A DNA stretch of 35,199 bases from a virus (IMGVR_UViG_3300035548_000056:1-35199); one strand, 5' to 3'. Positions 1 to 9,208 are shown, counted from the stretch's first letter. Translations and numbers: made by a program. The notes: a model not told the origin generated them from the letters alone.

Positions 1-127
1 AGGGCACAGAAGCAACTTTCAATATCGGTTATGGCAGCCAATTAGGAGAGTTGGTAAGTGGAGTTATAAAAAATATAGAAATGGATACTAAAACAATTAC
101 ATTCGATATAATGTCATCCCATGAAAC
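1..127. repeat. 127-bp terminal direct repeat (copy 1); circular assembly overlap
   Basis: Bases 1-127 are identical to 35073-35199, and a CDS reads in frame across the join. Confidence 0.95.
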
Positions 128-611
128 TTACAGCCAAGACTTTTCCCAGTGGTATGATAGATATGTAAGAGAGGATTACATTGTAGAAGATATAGCCACT
201 AATTTAGGTTTTACACTTACTGGATCAGAATACTTGGAAGAGTATAGGCAGGTTTCGGGATACACGGTTACAGGGCAAGGTATAAACTCTATAATAAAAA
301 TTTGTAATAACAGAGGCCTTTCTGTAACCACTAGAGGAAACATAGTAGAAATATATAAAACTGATAGCTCAGGTATCGCAAGTAGCATACTTTTCAAATA
401 TGATAGTGGCCTTATAGATGTAAATAAATATGTGGACCAGAAAAAAAAGTATGATTATATATTAAAGGCCCTGCCAATCTCTGGGCTTGCTCAGGGAGAC
501 ATAGTAAAAGTAGAGCATTTCAAATTAAATGGTATCTGTAAAATAATAGATTATGAAATAAAAGGTTCTACTAATTGGGAAGCTAAGTATTTTGTAAAAG
601 TGATAGGATAA
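1..611 (+). CDS. 3' part of putative baseplate hub protein (260 aa in full; starts at 34901 and spans the circular join)
   Basis: The frame is open from ATG 34901 through the overlap into ORF 51..611; lies just before the spike gene. Confidence 0.65.
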   Translation, partial: GTEATFNIGYGSQLGELVSGVIKNIEMDTKTITFDIMSSHETYSQDFSQWYDRYVREDYIVEDIATNLGFTLTGSEYLEEYRQVSGYTVTGQGINSIIKICNNRGLSVTTRGNIVEIYKTDSSGIASSILFKYDSGLIDVNKYVDQKKKYDYILKALPISGLAQGDIVKVEHFKLNGICKIIDYEIKGSTNWEAKYFVKVIG

Positions 612-643
612 TATGGTATAATTTATAATGAAGGAGGTGGATT

Positions 644-1183
644 ATGAGTGATATTGAAAGTTATATAAGGCTTGTCACTGATAAGTTTTATACTAACACC
701 TTAGGAAAGGTCATGGAAGTTCAAACAGGAAGATTTTGCAAAATTAAACTAATTTCAGCGACAGAGAACGAGATTGACCTCCCAGTTGTAAATGTCCCTA
801 TAGGAAGGTGGATTGGAACGAGTTCTCCGGTATCAGTTGGTATGATAGTTCCTGTATATTTTAGTAAATGGGCCATGAACCAGGTTATTATAGCAGGTAC
901 AGAGAACACTAATGGAACGCCATTAAAAGAGCTTCAATTCTCAAGAAATGGGGCCTATGCTTTGCCGATAATATTTGACGATATGTTAGATGATAGTTTC
1001 CCTGAAGAGATCAGATTCCATCAAAAACCTATTTTTGAAGAAGGTGCAGAGTTTCAAAAGGCTACTGAATTCAATGACTCTGTAACCATAGAGGGCACAA
1101 CTACAGTAGCAGACTTAGAGGGGGACACAGTGAATGTAACAACTAGTGTTTCTAAGAATAATGTGCCTTATAACCATCCATAA
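644..1183 (+). CDS. putative baseplate central spike protein
   Basis: GGAGG RBS; OB-fold-like N-terminus, beta-repeat C-terminus ending YNHP; position between hub and gp25-like gene. Confidence 0.65.
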   Translation: MSDIESYIRLVTDKFYTNTLGKVMEVQTGRFCKIKLISATENEIDLPVVNVPIGRWIGTSSPVSVGMIVPVYFSKWAMNQVIIAGTENTNGTPLKELQFSRNGAYALPIIFDDMLDDSFPEEIRFHQKPIFEEGAEFQKATEFNDSVTIEGTTTVADLEGDTVNVTTSVSKNNVPYNHP

Positions 1184-1194
1184 GGAGGTGTGAA

Positions 1195-1542
1195 ATGAAA
1201 GGTTTTATGTTTTATAAAGGCGATATATCCATTGAGGATGGGGAGCTTGTAATGGTTGAGGACTCAGAGTTATTGAAATATGAACTTGAAAATTTTATTT
1301 TATGTGATCCTCTAACTTGTCAGTGGGATATAAACAGAGGATTGGACAGAAAAATTATATTTTCAAGTAACGAATCTGCTATAAAAAGTGAAATAAGAAC
1401 AAAAATATTGAAGTATTTTTCAGATAGGGTATCTGATGTATATGACATAGATGTGACTATAGAAAGCGGAAGTATTTCTGTAGAAGGCACAATGGAAACC
1501 ATATATGGGACTCTGACTTTAAATACTGAAAGGAGGATCTAA
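1195..1542 (+). CDS. putative baseplate wedge / gp25(gpW)-like sheath initiator
   Basis: 115 aa with GD.....G.L and W....GLD pattern, directly upstream of baseplate J. Confidence 0.65.
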   Translation: MKGFMFYKGDISIEDGELVMVEDSELLKYELENFILCDPLTCQWDINRGLDRKIIFSSNESAIKSEIRTKILKYFSDRVSDVYDIDVTIESGSISVEGTMETIYGTLTLNTERRI

Positions 1543-1545
1543 TTA

Positions 1546-2673
1546 ATGGCAATAGTAACATTGACACAAACTGAAATAATGACATATTTACAGGAGCTCG
1601 CTCAAAGTGAAGATGCTTTTGGGAGTGACTTAAACGTGTCAGAAAATAGTGACTGGTATGGCCTAAATTGGCCGGTTGCTACTATAGCAAAATATGTATT
1701 AGATTATACCCAGAGTAGATTTGATAACCTGGAATTAAGAAAAGCAGAAGGTACTTATTTTGATGGTGGAGCAGCTAACTTTCTTCATTATAAAAAGATG
1801 CCAGATTACGCAATATCTTATCAAATGCAAGCTACTAATCCAACTATTGGAGCAACTGCAAGTGTTGGACAATTACAAATAAAAAAAGAAAATACTGATA
1901 TTGTGTATGTAAATACAGAAGCTATCACAGTAGATGAAGTCCCTTTTACATTTACAGCTAGATGTTCTACAATTGGCGAGATCGGAAATGCTGATATTGG
2001 AGAAGTCAATACAATACAGTCCACGCCTTCTAACTGGGGAGACACATTTACAAATATTGCAGCTTTTGAGGGCGGTCAAGACTTGGAAACTACTGAGGAA
2101 TCGCGGAAAAGGTTCTTCAATCAAGAATCAGAGGAAACTTTATGGAATGAAGACGGTGTATATGCTGAACTTATAAAATTAAGTGGTGTAAATTCTGTGA
2201 ATGTAGTTCAAAACAGAACAGATATAGAGGTTGATGGAGTAGCAAGAAGGGCTATTCATATTGTTGTAGATGGCGGCGTGACTAGTGAAATAATACAAGC
2301 TATATTCAGCAAGGTGTTGCCTTCTACTTATACCGTAGGAAGTGAAAGAGAGGATATAACCACATTAGCTGGAAACACTGTGAATATAGGTTTTGATAGA
2401 CCGACTGAGATTGATACAGACTTCTTAATTGAAACTGTACCTGCTTCTTATCCTACGACTTTCACAGATGCTGTAATCGAATATGGAGAACAGGTAAAAA
2501 TAGCTGGATATGTAACGACAAGCGACGCGGTTGACTATATAAAAGATAATGTTGACGAGGCTTCTAACTATGATGCTATAAATGTAACATTTAAAAAATC
2601 CACTGACACAGAATATATAAATGTAATAGCATATGGAAGTAATGAAAAACCAAACATGATTGAGGGGTCTTAA
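1546..2673 (+). CDS. baseplate J/gp47 family protein
   Basis: AEG.YFD, G.IGN, GG.D.ET.EE.R.R and V.V.GG motifs; 375 aa. Confidence 0.9.
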   Translation: MAIVTLTQTEIMTYLQELAQSEDAFGSDLNVSENSDWYGLNWPVATIAKYVLDYTQSRFDNLELRKAEGTYFDGGAANFLHYKKMPDYAISYQMQATNPTIGATASVGQLQIKKENTDIVYVNTEAITVDEVPFTFTARCSTIGEIGNADIGEVNTIQSTPSNWGDTFTNIAAFEGGQDLETTEESRKRFFNQESEETLWNEDGVYAELIKLSGVNSVNVVQNRTDIEVDGVARRAIHIVVDGGVTSEIIQAIFSKVLPSTYTVGSEREDITTLAGNTVNIGFDRPTEIDTDFLIETVPASYPTTFTDAVIEYGEQVKIAGYVTTSDAVDYIKDNVDEASNYDAINVTFKKSTDTEYINVIAYGSNEKPNMIEGS

Positions 2674-3253
2674 TATGAATGTATATGATATGTTTATAAA
2701 TTTAACTCCTGACGTGTATCTGAATGAAGAAAACAGCATGAAACTGATAAAAACTTGGTCAGATTTATTTGAGAAAATAACTAGTTACGTGGACAGCTTA
2801 CCCGAATACTTTTACATAGACACTGCACCTCTTGAGTATCTGAAAATATTGGGATCTAATGTTGGAAGGGAATATTCGGAGGGTGAGGATGAAGATGTTT
2901 ACAGATCAATTTTAAAGATAGCTTACTACAACTTCTTCATAGTTCCTAATCACAACAACTTACTGAGGGCTACAAAGGCAGTAACAGGGTTTTATCCAAC
3001 TTTAAAGCCACTATGGGAGGAAGAAGGAACAGACTTTGAAACTGATAACACTGATTCAGCTTATAAACTGAGTTATGACTTAACACCTACTTTTTCTACA
3101 GAAATATTAGACGAATTAGAAAAGTTCTACCCTGCAGGAGTAAAATTAATAAGGCCATATTTATATAAACTAACTAGCAAAGATTTGAAAGTTGCTGGTG
3201 CTATGTACAATTATGATGTTATACAAATAGGATTTAAAGAGGAGGTTATTTAA
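2660..3253 (+). CDS. baseplate protein (gp48 / P2 gpI-like); probable start at ATG 2675
   Basis: IDTA....L..LG..VG and PAGV motifs; follows baseplate J. Confidence 0.75.
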   Translation: MRGLNMNVYDMFINLTPDVYLNEENSMKLIKTWSDLFEKITSYVDSLPEYFYIDTAPLEYLKILGSNVGREYSEGEDEDVYRSILKIAYYNFFIVPNHNNLLRATKAVTGFYPTLKPLWEEEGTDFETDNTDSAYKLSYDLTPTFSTEILDELEKFYPAGVKLIRPYLYKLTSKDLKVAGAMYNYDVIQIGFKEEVI

Positions 3254-4422
3254 TGGCATTTCAAGATTTTGAACTTACAGACGATGGAGTAGCACTTTTA
3301 TCTCAAGTCCAAGCTGAGTTAGGAAGTTTAAATTTCACAAAAATGAAGATAGGTAACGGAACTTATACTGGTGATATAAAAGACTTAACAGATATAGTAA
3401 GCAGCTTTCATGAATTTGATGTGTCAAGCACAGGAGTGATGGATGATAATTCTGTCAAAGTACAAGGGACTTTTAACAACACGACTTTCGGTACATCTTA
3501 TGAGTTCAGAGAGATTGGTGTGTATGCAAAGCTAGGTGATACAGGGGCAGAAATACTATACTCTTACTCAAAAGATGAAACCCCAGACACTATTCCTGAC
3601 AGTTCTACTATATACAAAAGAACTCTCGATATAAGAAATTGTATATCAGACGTTGACACAGTCACCTTGACAGTAACAGAGATACAAGACAGATATGATT
3701 TTAATACGGTCGCAGAAATGCAAACAGCAGGTTATCTTACGGAAGGGGACAGGTGCAAAACTTGGGGATATTCTACACTAGGCGACAAGCTAGGAAATGA
3801 ATATGAGGTCGTAGCACCTTCTACAGGAACAGACGATGGATGGAACTATATAAATTTGTCAGGTTCAAGTGTCCAGGCCAAGCTATTATCAAGGGCTTTA
3901 ACTGATACAGGCTACACTGTAGATGGGTTCCTGCTAGGGAAAACAGAACTTGTATCTGATACACAATACATGGCTGGGGATGGATACTGGTGGAAACTAA
4001 AAAGTGACACAACTTCACCTTGTGTCCACGATACAACAGATACACCAGACAGCACATATTTAGAAAAAATAACGCATAAAGAAACTTTAGATAAAGTAGA
4101 AAGTTTATTTACAGTCAAAGAAATTTCCAACACTATTTACAATTCCACCGGGAATAAAACACTTTCAACTTCATTAGACAATACTATGAATTATATTTAT
4201 GTTTATGTAGGTTATGGTGCTGATAGCGATATAAAAATATGTAGGATTCCTTATGAATATAAATATAAAAGCTATTCTGTATATGGGGCTACGGCTTCTA
4301 CTAGTGAGACCGAAAGAATAGTTTTTCGTTTCATAAGTGATTCGATACTAGATATTTCTACATATGATGTAAGTGGAGCTGAACAGGTTAACATCGTAAA
4401 AATAGAACAAAGAAATATATAA
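3253..4422 (+). CDS. tail fibre protein (N-terminal tail-collar/baseplate anchor, variable tip after DKVESL)
   Basis: LT..G..L, F.KM.IG.G and FREIGVYAK....EILYSY anchor motifs; position after baseplate genes. Confidence 0.85.
   Translation: MAFQDFELTDDGVALLSQVQAELGSLNFTKMKIGNGTYTGDIKDLTDIVSSFHEFDVSSTGVMDDNSVKVQGTFNNTTFGTSYEFREIGVYAKLGDTGAEILYSYSKDETPDTIPDSSTIYKRTLDIRNCISDVDTVTLTVTEIQDRYDFNTVAEMQTAGYLTEGDRCKTWGYSTLGDKLGNEYEVVAPSTGTDDGWNYINLSGSSVQAKLLSRALTDTGYTVDGFLLGKTELVSDTQYMAGDGYWWKLKSDTTSPCVHDTTDTPDSTYLEKITHKETLDKVESLFTVKEISNTIYNSTGNKTLSTSLDNTMNYIYVYVGYGADSDIKICRIPYEYKYKSYSVYGATASTSETERIVFRFISDSILDISTYDVSGAEQVNIVKIEQRNI
4091..4108 (+). repeat. ATAAA-N8-TTTAT site (spacer GTAGAAAG, class D), inside tail fibre at DKVESL
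   Basis: ataaagtagaaagtttat. Confidence 0.8.
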
Positions 4423-4436
4423 ACTTTAAACTTTAT
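4419..4436 (+). repeat. ATAAA-N8-TTTAT site (spacer CTTTAAAC, class E) overlapping the fibre stop codon
   Basis: ataaactttaaactttat. Confidence 0.8.
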
Positions 4437-4449
4437 AAGGAGGCAACAA

Positions 4450-5109
4450 ATGCAAATATACATACAAAACACAGAAAAACAAACACTCAAATCAATACCC
4501 TACTCAGACATCTACAAAACTAGATATGATAACAGGGAATACACAAAACTATTCCCTTCATATGATTCTACACTTCACACTATAACAGTAGCAGACACAG
4601 AACCATGTCTAACAAACTATGAATTATACCTCAAAGGTGAATATACATTGGGTGAAGGAGAATACATAGAATCAGAATCCATTGCAAAGGCTGTAAAGCC
4701 ATCTAGCTACTATGAATGGGATTATGAGAACTTAGAGTATACTATCTCAGATGAAAAACTTGCAGAGTGGCAAGAGTCTATTGTAGATACACTAGGAGCT
4801 TACAGAGATACAATGCTAGCAACAGGGACAACTTTTGAAGATGTATACACAATTAAAGGAAGGGTGCAAGATTCCTCAGATGCTATGACTTGTTTCATAA
4901 CAGTTTCAAATGGACTACCTGTCACATGGCATTACTCAGATGATACAGGAAGTGAATTGGTATCAGAGGTTGCTAGAATGACAACAATCCTAACAGCAAT
5001 AGGAACATTCAGGAGTTCACAGTTTGACAGAGAAACAGAACTGAAAGCGATCGTGAGAGCTATGACAGGGGAGGAACTGCAAAACTTCGTACTTAGTGAA
5101 ACTTGGTAA
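4450..5109 (+). CDS. putative tail fibre assembly chaperone (DUF4376-like C-terminus)
   Basis: Follows the fibre; P...YEWD, R......G, F.RE.ELK and terminal W pattern. Confidence 0.65.
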   Translation: MQIYIQNTEKQTLKSIPYSDIYKTRYDNREYTKLFPSYDSTLHTITVADTEPCLTNYELYLKGEYTLGEGEYIESESIAKAVKPSSYYEWDYENLEYTISDEKLAEWQESIVDTLGAYRDTMLATGTTFEDVYTIKGRVQDSSDAMTCFITVSNGLPVTWHYSDDTGSELVSEVARMTTILTAIGTFRSSQFDRETELKAIVRAMTGEELQNFVLSETW

Positions 5110-5120
5110 AAGGGGGCTGA

Positions 5121-5450
5121 ATGGAAGAATTGAAATTAAAAGACCTAGAATATGTTGATGGATATAAGGAAGTCATCGAAGAATATAAGTACAAAGACAT
5201 AATTATACCAGAAGGTTTTATGTTTGACGGTGCAAGCATTCCAAAGTATTTAAGGTGGCGTTTTGATCCTTTTGATCCAAGATGGATAAGGGCGGCCTGC
5301 ATTCATGATAGGTTATATTATACACATGAAAAGCCTAGAAAAATTTGCGACAAAATATTAAGAGAAGTAATGCTAGAAGATGGTTCTCCTAAAAGAACTG
5401 CATGGGAATTTTATTATGGAGTAAGACTATTTGGAGGTTCGCATTATTAA
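5121..5450 (+). CDS. DUF1353 family protein
   Basis: IPEGF.FDGASIP, AAC.HD.LY and VRLFG motifs. Confidence 0.85.
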   Translation: MEELKLKDLEYVDGYKEVIEEYKYKDIIIPEGFMFDGASIPKYLRWRFDPFDPRWIRAACIHDRLYYTHEKPRKICDKILREVMLEDGSPKRTAWEFYYGVRLFGGSHY

Positions 5451-5467
5451 AGTAGGAGGTATTGTTT

Positions 5468-5599
5468 ATGTTTAGCTGGTTAAAAAGTTCTTTCGTCAAG
5501 GCTCTGATAAAAATAGGATTAAAAGCATATACAGAAAAGAATGACAATGAAATAACAAATTCTATAGTTGAAGAGATAGAAAAAGAACTAGACGAATAA
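5468..5599 (+). CDS. small hypothetical protein (43 aa, MFSWLKSSF...)
   Basis: AGGAGG RBS, ATG and a stop directly before a terminator; not in the ORF track. Confidence 0.6.
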   Translation: MFSWLKSSFVKALIKIGLKAYTEKNDNEITNSIVEEIEKELDE

Positions 5600-5628
5600 A
5601 AAAAGAGGGGCTTAGTCCTCTCTTTTTT
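5599..5628. terminator. bidirectional intrinsic terminator between convergent operons
   Basis: A-tract, gagggg...cctctc stem, T-tract. Confidence 0.8.
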
Positions 5629-5737
5629 GTAAAATACATTTTTTCAATCTGCAAACTACTATTGTTATACTTGTGTAACCGCGCCCCAGTATTTTAATTT
5701 GCGAGTTTAAACATTTATCACACTCTTTTTTTCTCAT
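5612..5737 (-). CDS. small Cys-rich hypothetical protein (41 aa, MRKKECDKC...)
   Basis: AGGTG RBS; CxxC and CxxxxC. Confidence 0.5.
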   Translation of the reverse strand: MRKKECDKCLNSQIKILGRGYTSITIVVCRLKKCILQKRED

Positions 5738-5755
5738 TCGCGCACACCTAACCTT

Positions 5756-5773
5756 ATAAAATTCTGACTTTAT
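5756..5773 (-). repeat. ATAAA-N8-TTTAT site (spacer GTCAGAAT, class B-like) right after the stop of 5774..5989
   Basis: Reverse strand ataaagtcagaattttat. Confidence 0.8.
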
Positions 5774-5989
5774 TTATAATTTTTCTAAGTCAGCTCTTTC
5801 TCTTATTAAATCTATTAACTCTTTTAATTTTTCTACTATGATCTCATCATTATTAATATCTGGATGTAAAGTACCTAAGCAACTACCCATTTTACCTTCT
5901 TTTTTATATTTCTTATAATTAAATCTAATATAAATTAAAGGTATACTAGTTCTTTTTTCAGTAAGTATATTTCTTAAAAATTTAAACAA
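5774..5989 (-). CDS. hypothetical protein (cassette cargo)
   Basis: GGAGG RBS, TTG start; bounded by two 18-bp sites. Confidence 0.7.
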   Translation of the reverse strand: MFKFLRNILTEKRTSIPLIYIRFNYKKYKKEGKMGSCLGTLHPDINNDEIIVEKLKELIDLIRERADLEKL

Positions 5990-6010
5990 TTTTCAAACCT
6001 CCATTTTCTT

Positions 6011-6028
6011 ATAAAGTCATCACTTTAT
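6011..6028 (-). repeat. ATAAA-N8-TTTAT site (spacer GTGATGAC, class A) overlapping the stop of 6025..6474
   Basis: Reverse strand ataaagtgatgactttat. Confidence 0.85.
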
Positions 6029-6474
6029 ACAATGAATAATACGCTAATAAAAGTCATAACATTCAACAATAATAAAAGGTCTCTAAGTTTAGTTAAACTT
6101 CTATTTTCATCATGTAGTAATTCATTTCGAAGCATAAAAACATCCCTACAAGCACAAACGTTTTCATACATCTCAATAACTTGCTCTTTGCTTTTTTCTG
6201 AACACTTCACATAAGATTCTTCTATTAACTCGGACGGTTCTTTTACTATACCGTGAACTTCTTCAAGTGTTTTATGAATATAGCACGACTTTCTTTTGTT
6301 ATCCTTCCTGAGATTAACATAGAGGTATTCATGATTTTTGAAGTTTTTAACTTGTGGAGTTAATACTAAGCCTTTTATATGTCTTCCATCTCTAGTCAGT
6401 CTATCAAGCGATCTAACTTGACCTTTGTCGTTTATTTGGTACAGCCCCTCATACCCAGGTATATCTTTATACAT
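6025..6474 (-). CDS. NUMOD4-domain protein, HNH part lost, hydrophobic C-terminus
   Basis: KDIPGYEGLYQIN..G.VRS NUMOD4 motif; no HNH motif after IHK. Confidence 0.75.
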   Translation of the reverse strand: MYKDIPGYEGLYQINDKGQVRSLDRLTRDGRHIKGLVLTPQVKNFKNHEYLYVNLRKDNKRKSCYIHKTLEEVHGIVKEPSELIEESYVKCSEKSKEQVIEMYENVCACRDVFMLRNELLHDENRSLTKLRDLLLLLNVMTFISVLFIV

Positions 6475-6704
6475 TTACTCCCCTCCTAGTTTATAAAAAT
6501 ACTCATCATTATCAAGCTTTACATTAAACCCATCGTTAAAAATCCACATTGAGCATACATCACGGTGACTAGATTCAACTCTTAACCACTATCACAGGCA
6601 CCACTTTATCCACAACATAAGGTCATCTAGTTCATCAAAACCAACTATACCAAAAGGATCTTTTTTTACTCTGCCATCCTCATAATACCAAGTACATTTT
6701 CCAA
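6475..6704 (-). pseudogene. probable decayed small ORF with internal TGA-TAG
   Basis: Frame LENVLGYEDG...KWCL**WLRVESS...GGE* fills the gap between neighbouring genes; upstream GGGGAG. Confidence 0.4.
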
Positions 6705-6729
6705 ACATTTTAAGCTCCCCCCCAGTTTT

Positions 6730-7188
6730 TTATAAGTATTCCACGCATCCACAAAACAACTTTTCCTCAGCTTTTCTTCTCCTAACTAGACCGTTTACAA
6801 CTTTTCCACCTGCTTTATTCCACCTTCTAAATTCTAGAGCTGCAGCTGGATAATCACCTTCTTTTAGCTTTTTAAGTAGAGTCGACTTCCTAAAAGCCGT
6901 AGAACCTATATTGTAGGTGAAAGATACAAGCGCATCAAATTGATCTTGAGATAATTTTACATCTACAACTTTATTTATTAGCGTTTGAAACCTGTTTATA
7001 TCCAATCTGAGCAATTCCTCTGCTCTTTCCACTGTGATTGTATCACCTTCTTTTACATGCCTGTGAGTGTCCTTGTAATAGGTTGTTCCAATTCCTATAG
7101 TCCAAATACCGGCACTGCATTGATAAGCTTCTAGCTTCAATCCTTCAAAATGTTTTATTAATTCAATACCTTTTTTACTTATTAACAT
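6730..7188 (-). CDS. lysozyme / endolysin, GH24 family
   Basis: FEGLKLEAYQCSAG.WTIG.G, QFDALVSF.YN.G and GLVRRR.AE motifs. Confidence 0.95.
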   Translation of the reverse strand: MLISKKGIELIKHFEGLKLEAYQCSAGIWTIGIGTTYYKDTHRHVKEGDTITVERAEELLRLDINRFQTLINKVVDVKLSQDQFDALVSFTYNIGSTAFRKSTLLKKLKEGDYPAAALEFRRWNKAGGKVVNGLVRRRKAEEKLFCGCVEYL

Positions 7189-7231
7189 TCTTCCCCCTGT
7201 TTACCACATTTTTTACAAGTCATAATCCCTC

Positions 7232-7744
7232 CTATTTTTTCGTACTGTCAAACTTACCTTCTCCACGCTCAGACTCAAAGGCTAACACTTCATCGGCTCC
7301 ACACTCTCTTATATCCATTTTAGGCACTTCTAAAAACATAACCTGAGCAATTGCTTTGCTTACTGGATAAACGATACAATCGCCTTTTTCATATACTTTT
7401 TCAACAAAGTCTGTTATATACAATATTTTTTCATTACAATTAGTAATGACAACATTCCAGATGCCTCTATAATTACTATCTATTACACCGCTACCGTATT
7501 TCATGCCTTTTATCCCAGTGCTTCCTCTCTCTTGAAATTGCGCATAATACTTTTCTGAGAAAACAGTCCTTATTCCGGTACTTAGTATTGCAGTGCTTAG
7601 CGGAGGTATAGACAACCAACCTTGGTGTTCTTCTCGGAACCATACAGGATTGACATAAAGGTCAAATCCTGCATCTCCATTTCTTTTGCTTAGAGGTTTA
7701 CACTCTTCATTCTCTCTAGAAAACAATAATTCCAACTCTTTCAT
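7232..7744 (-). CDS. dut: trimeric dUTPase
   Basis: DAGFDL, ERGS, GVIDSNYRG, IAQ and RGEG.F.ST motifs I-V. Confidence 0.93.
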   Translation of the reverse strand: MKELELLFSRENEECKPLSKRNGDAGFDLYVNPVWFREEHQGWLSIPPLSTAILSTGIRTVFSEKYYAQFQERGSTGIKGMKYGSGVIDSNYRGIWNVVITNCNEKILYITDFVEKVYEKGDCIVYPVSKAIAQVMFLEVPKMDIRECGADEVLAFESERGEGKFDSTKK

Positions 7745-7905
7745 ATTACCTCCTTGAACTTTTTACACGCCGGGCTCTCTATTGTGTTTCTTTCGTACTT
7801 CTCAGGGTGTTCATAGTAACACAATTCATAATGTAGGTAATCACAACAACATTTGCCAACTAATTTATCTGTAAGCCACATTTTTAAATCTATCCATAGT
7901 GACAT
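7741..7905 (-). CDS. small Cys-containing hypothetical protein (54 aa)
   Basis: AGGAGG RBS; stop overlaps the dUTPase ATG (ATGA). Confidence 0.65.
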   Translation of the reverse strand: MSLWIDLKMWLTDKLVGKCCCDYLHYELCYYEHPEKYERNTIESPACKKFKEVI

Positions 7906-7928
7906 TTTGTACCCTCCTATAATTTTAT

Positions 7929-7946
7929 ATAAATACCAAAATTTAT
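7929..7946 (-). repeat. ATAAA-N8-TTTAT site (spacer TTTTGGTA, class C) right after the stop at 7947
   Basis: Reverse strand ataaattttggtatttat. Confidence 0.85.
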
Positions 7947-8386
7947 TTAGATTTTTAAAGCTTCACGCACATCTTCGGCGGTATGCCCGTCAAACTCAAA
8001 TAATGCTCTTTCAGTTTTCTTACATTTAAATAAGTCCCAATCTTTAACTTTGTAGTGGTTAGATATTTGTCCAGTAGGTAACATGGCCACTACTATAAAC
8101 CATCCACCACCGAAACACTCCTCGCCATCAAAGTGTCTTAAAGACTTATGTACATTATACTTGCCTTGCTCATACCATTCATTAAACAAACAAGCATTAT
8201 ATAATTTCCTAAATTCATAAAGCTCATTAAAACTATGGTATCCATCAGATAACTCGCCACTTTCTATTTGTTTTTCAATCAGTTCTAGTTCTTTTTTTAT
8301 AATTCATAAGACTGTAAATGTAACATCATTTGTCTGTTTATTTTGAATCTTTTCCTGAGTTCGATTATAAATTCTTATCTAGTCAT
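7947..8386 (-). pseudogene. phage protein with SDGYHSFNELY...FDGH motifs, 5' end disrupted
   Basis: The conserved-looking frame extends upstream of the called start to ~8300; upstream ATGs (8307, 8386) are out of frame, and 8386 hits TAA at codon 4. Confidence 0.65.
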
Positions 8387-8502
8387 TAATCTTCCTCCGC
8401 GAGAACTATTTTCCATGCTTCTTTTAAAGTTATATCGCCATATTTACTTAATAAAATGTCTATAACGTCTAATTTATCAACTGTTGTAAATTTCTTTTTC
8501 AT
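8386..8502 (-). CDS. small hypothetical protein (38 aa, MKKKFTTVDK...)
   Basis: AAGGAG RBS immediately after an 18-bp site. Confidence 0.55.
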   Translation of the reverse strand: MKKKFTTVDKLDVIDILLSKYGDITLKEAWKIVLAEED

Positions 8503-8517
8503 AATTAACTCCTTTGG

Positions 8518-8535
8518 ATAAAGTTCTGAATTTAT
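8518..8535 (-). repeat. ATAAA-N8-TTTAT site (spacer TTCAGAAC, class B) overlapping the stop of 8532..8729
   Basis: Reverse strand ataaattcagaactttat, identical to 16182-16199. Confidence 0.9.
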
Positions 8536-8729
8536 ACAGGTATTTTTAATTCTTTGCAGATCTCTTTATAGTTCATTTCATCCATTAAAAATTTATACAA
8601 TTTAGGGTGCGTTTGCTTAAGTTTAATCATTCTGTTTTCATCGGCACCTTTATAGCAACCATACAAACAACCATAACATCCAGTTCTTTTATACCCGTGC
8701 TTTGTGTAAGCTTCGGATAAATTCATCAC
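8532..8729 (-). CDS. C-terminal fragment of a phage PAPS-reductase-like protein
   Basis: Y..GY.RTGC..C.YG......R...LK..HPK.Y motif without the N-terminal nucleotide-binding domain. Confidence 0.6.
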   Translation of the reverse strand: MMNLSEAYTKHGYKRTGCYGCLYGCYKGADENRMIKLKQTHPKLYKFLMDEMNYKEICKELKIPV

Positions 8730-9208
8730 TTTATTGTTAAATTATTTTTCACTTCAATGTGTGCCCCAGGGACTTCACGAGTATTTAACTCTTTTTTAAG
8801 TTCTACTTTGCTTATTTCATATTCTACCTTTAAAAAGTTATTAGGCACCTTGTCAGCGTCATCTATAACCACAGAAGAGGATTTCCTAAGACTAATATCC
8901 CCTATAGAGGTTTCTATTTTTTTTAGTTCCAACTTCTCCATGTTTAAAACAACATATTTTTTGAAGTTTTCGATAGCCTTTTGGCGTGCAATTCTCAAGT
9001 TTTTTAGCCTGGATTCTTCATTTTTTATAGTTTCAATGTCACTTTCAAGGTTTTTTATAACTTTTATTATCCCAGCACTTTTTTTTTCAAGTGCTTTTTC
9101 AAGTTCAACCTGAAGGGCAGACAAGGCGTCTGCATCCTCCAAAGTTTCACAACTATACATTAATTCCTCAAGTGCGTTTTCTTCATTTACGATATCATAT
9201 AATTTCAT
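8726..9208 (-). CDS. siphovirus Gp157 family protein
   Basis: MKLYDI start, coiled coil, RKSSSV.I.D...P and VPGA motifs. Confidence 0.88.
   Translation of the reverse strand: MKLYDIVNEENALEELMYSCETLEDADALSALQVELEKALEKKSAGIIKVIKNLESDIETIKNEESRLKNLRIARQKAIENFKKYVVLNMEKLELKKIETSIGDISLRKSSSVVIDDADKVPNNFLKVEYEISKVELKKELNTREVPGAHIEVKNNLTIK

Noticed and set aside
6025-6474. NUMOD4 gene as the homing endonuclease for the terL intron
   Set aside because: No HNH catalytic motif remains, and it is far from terL
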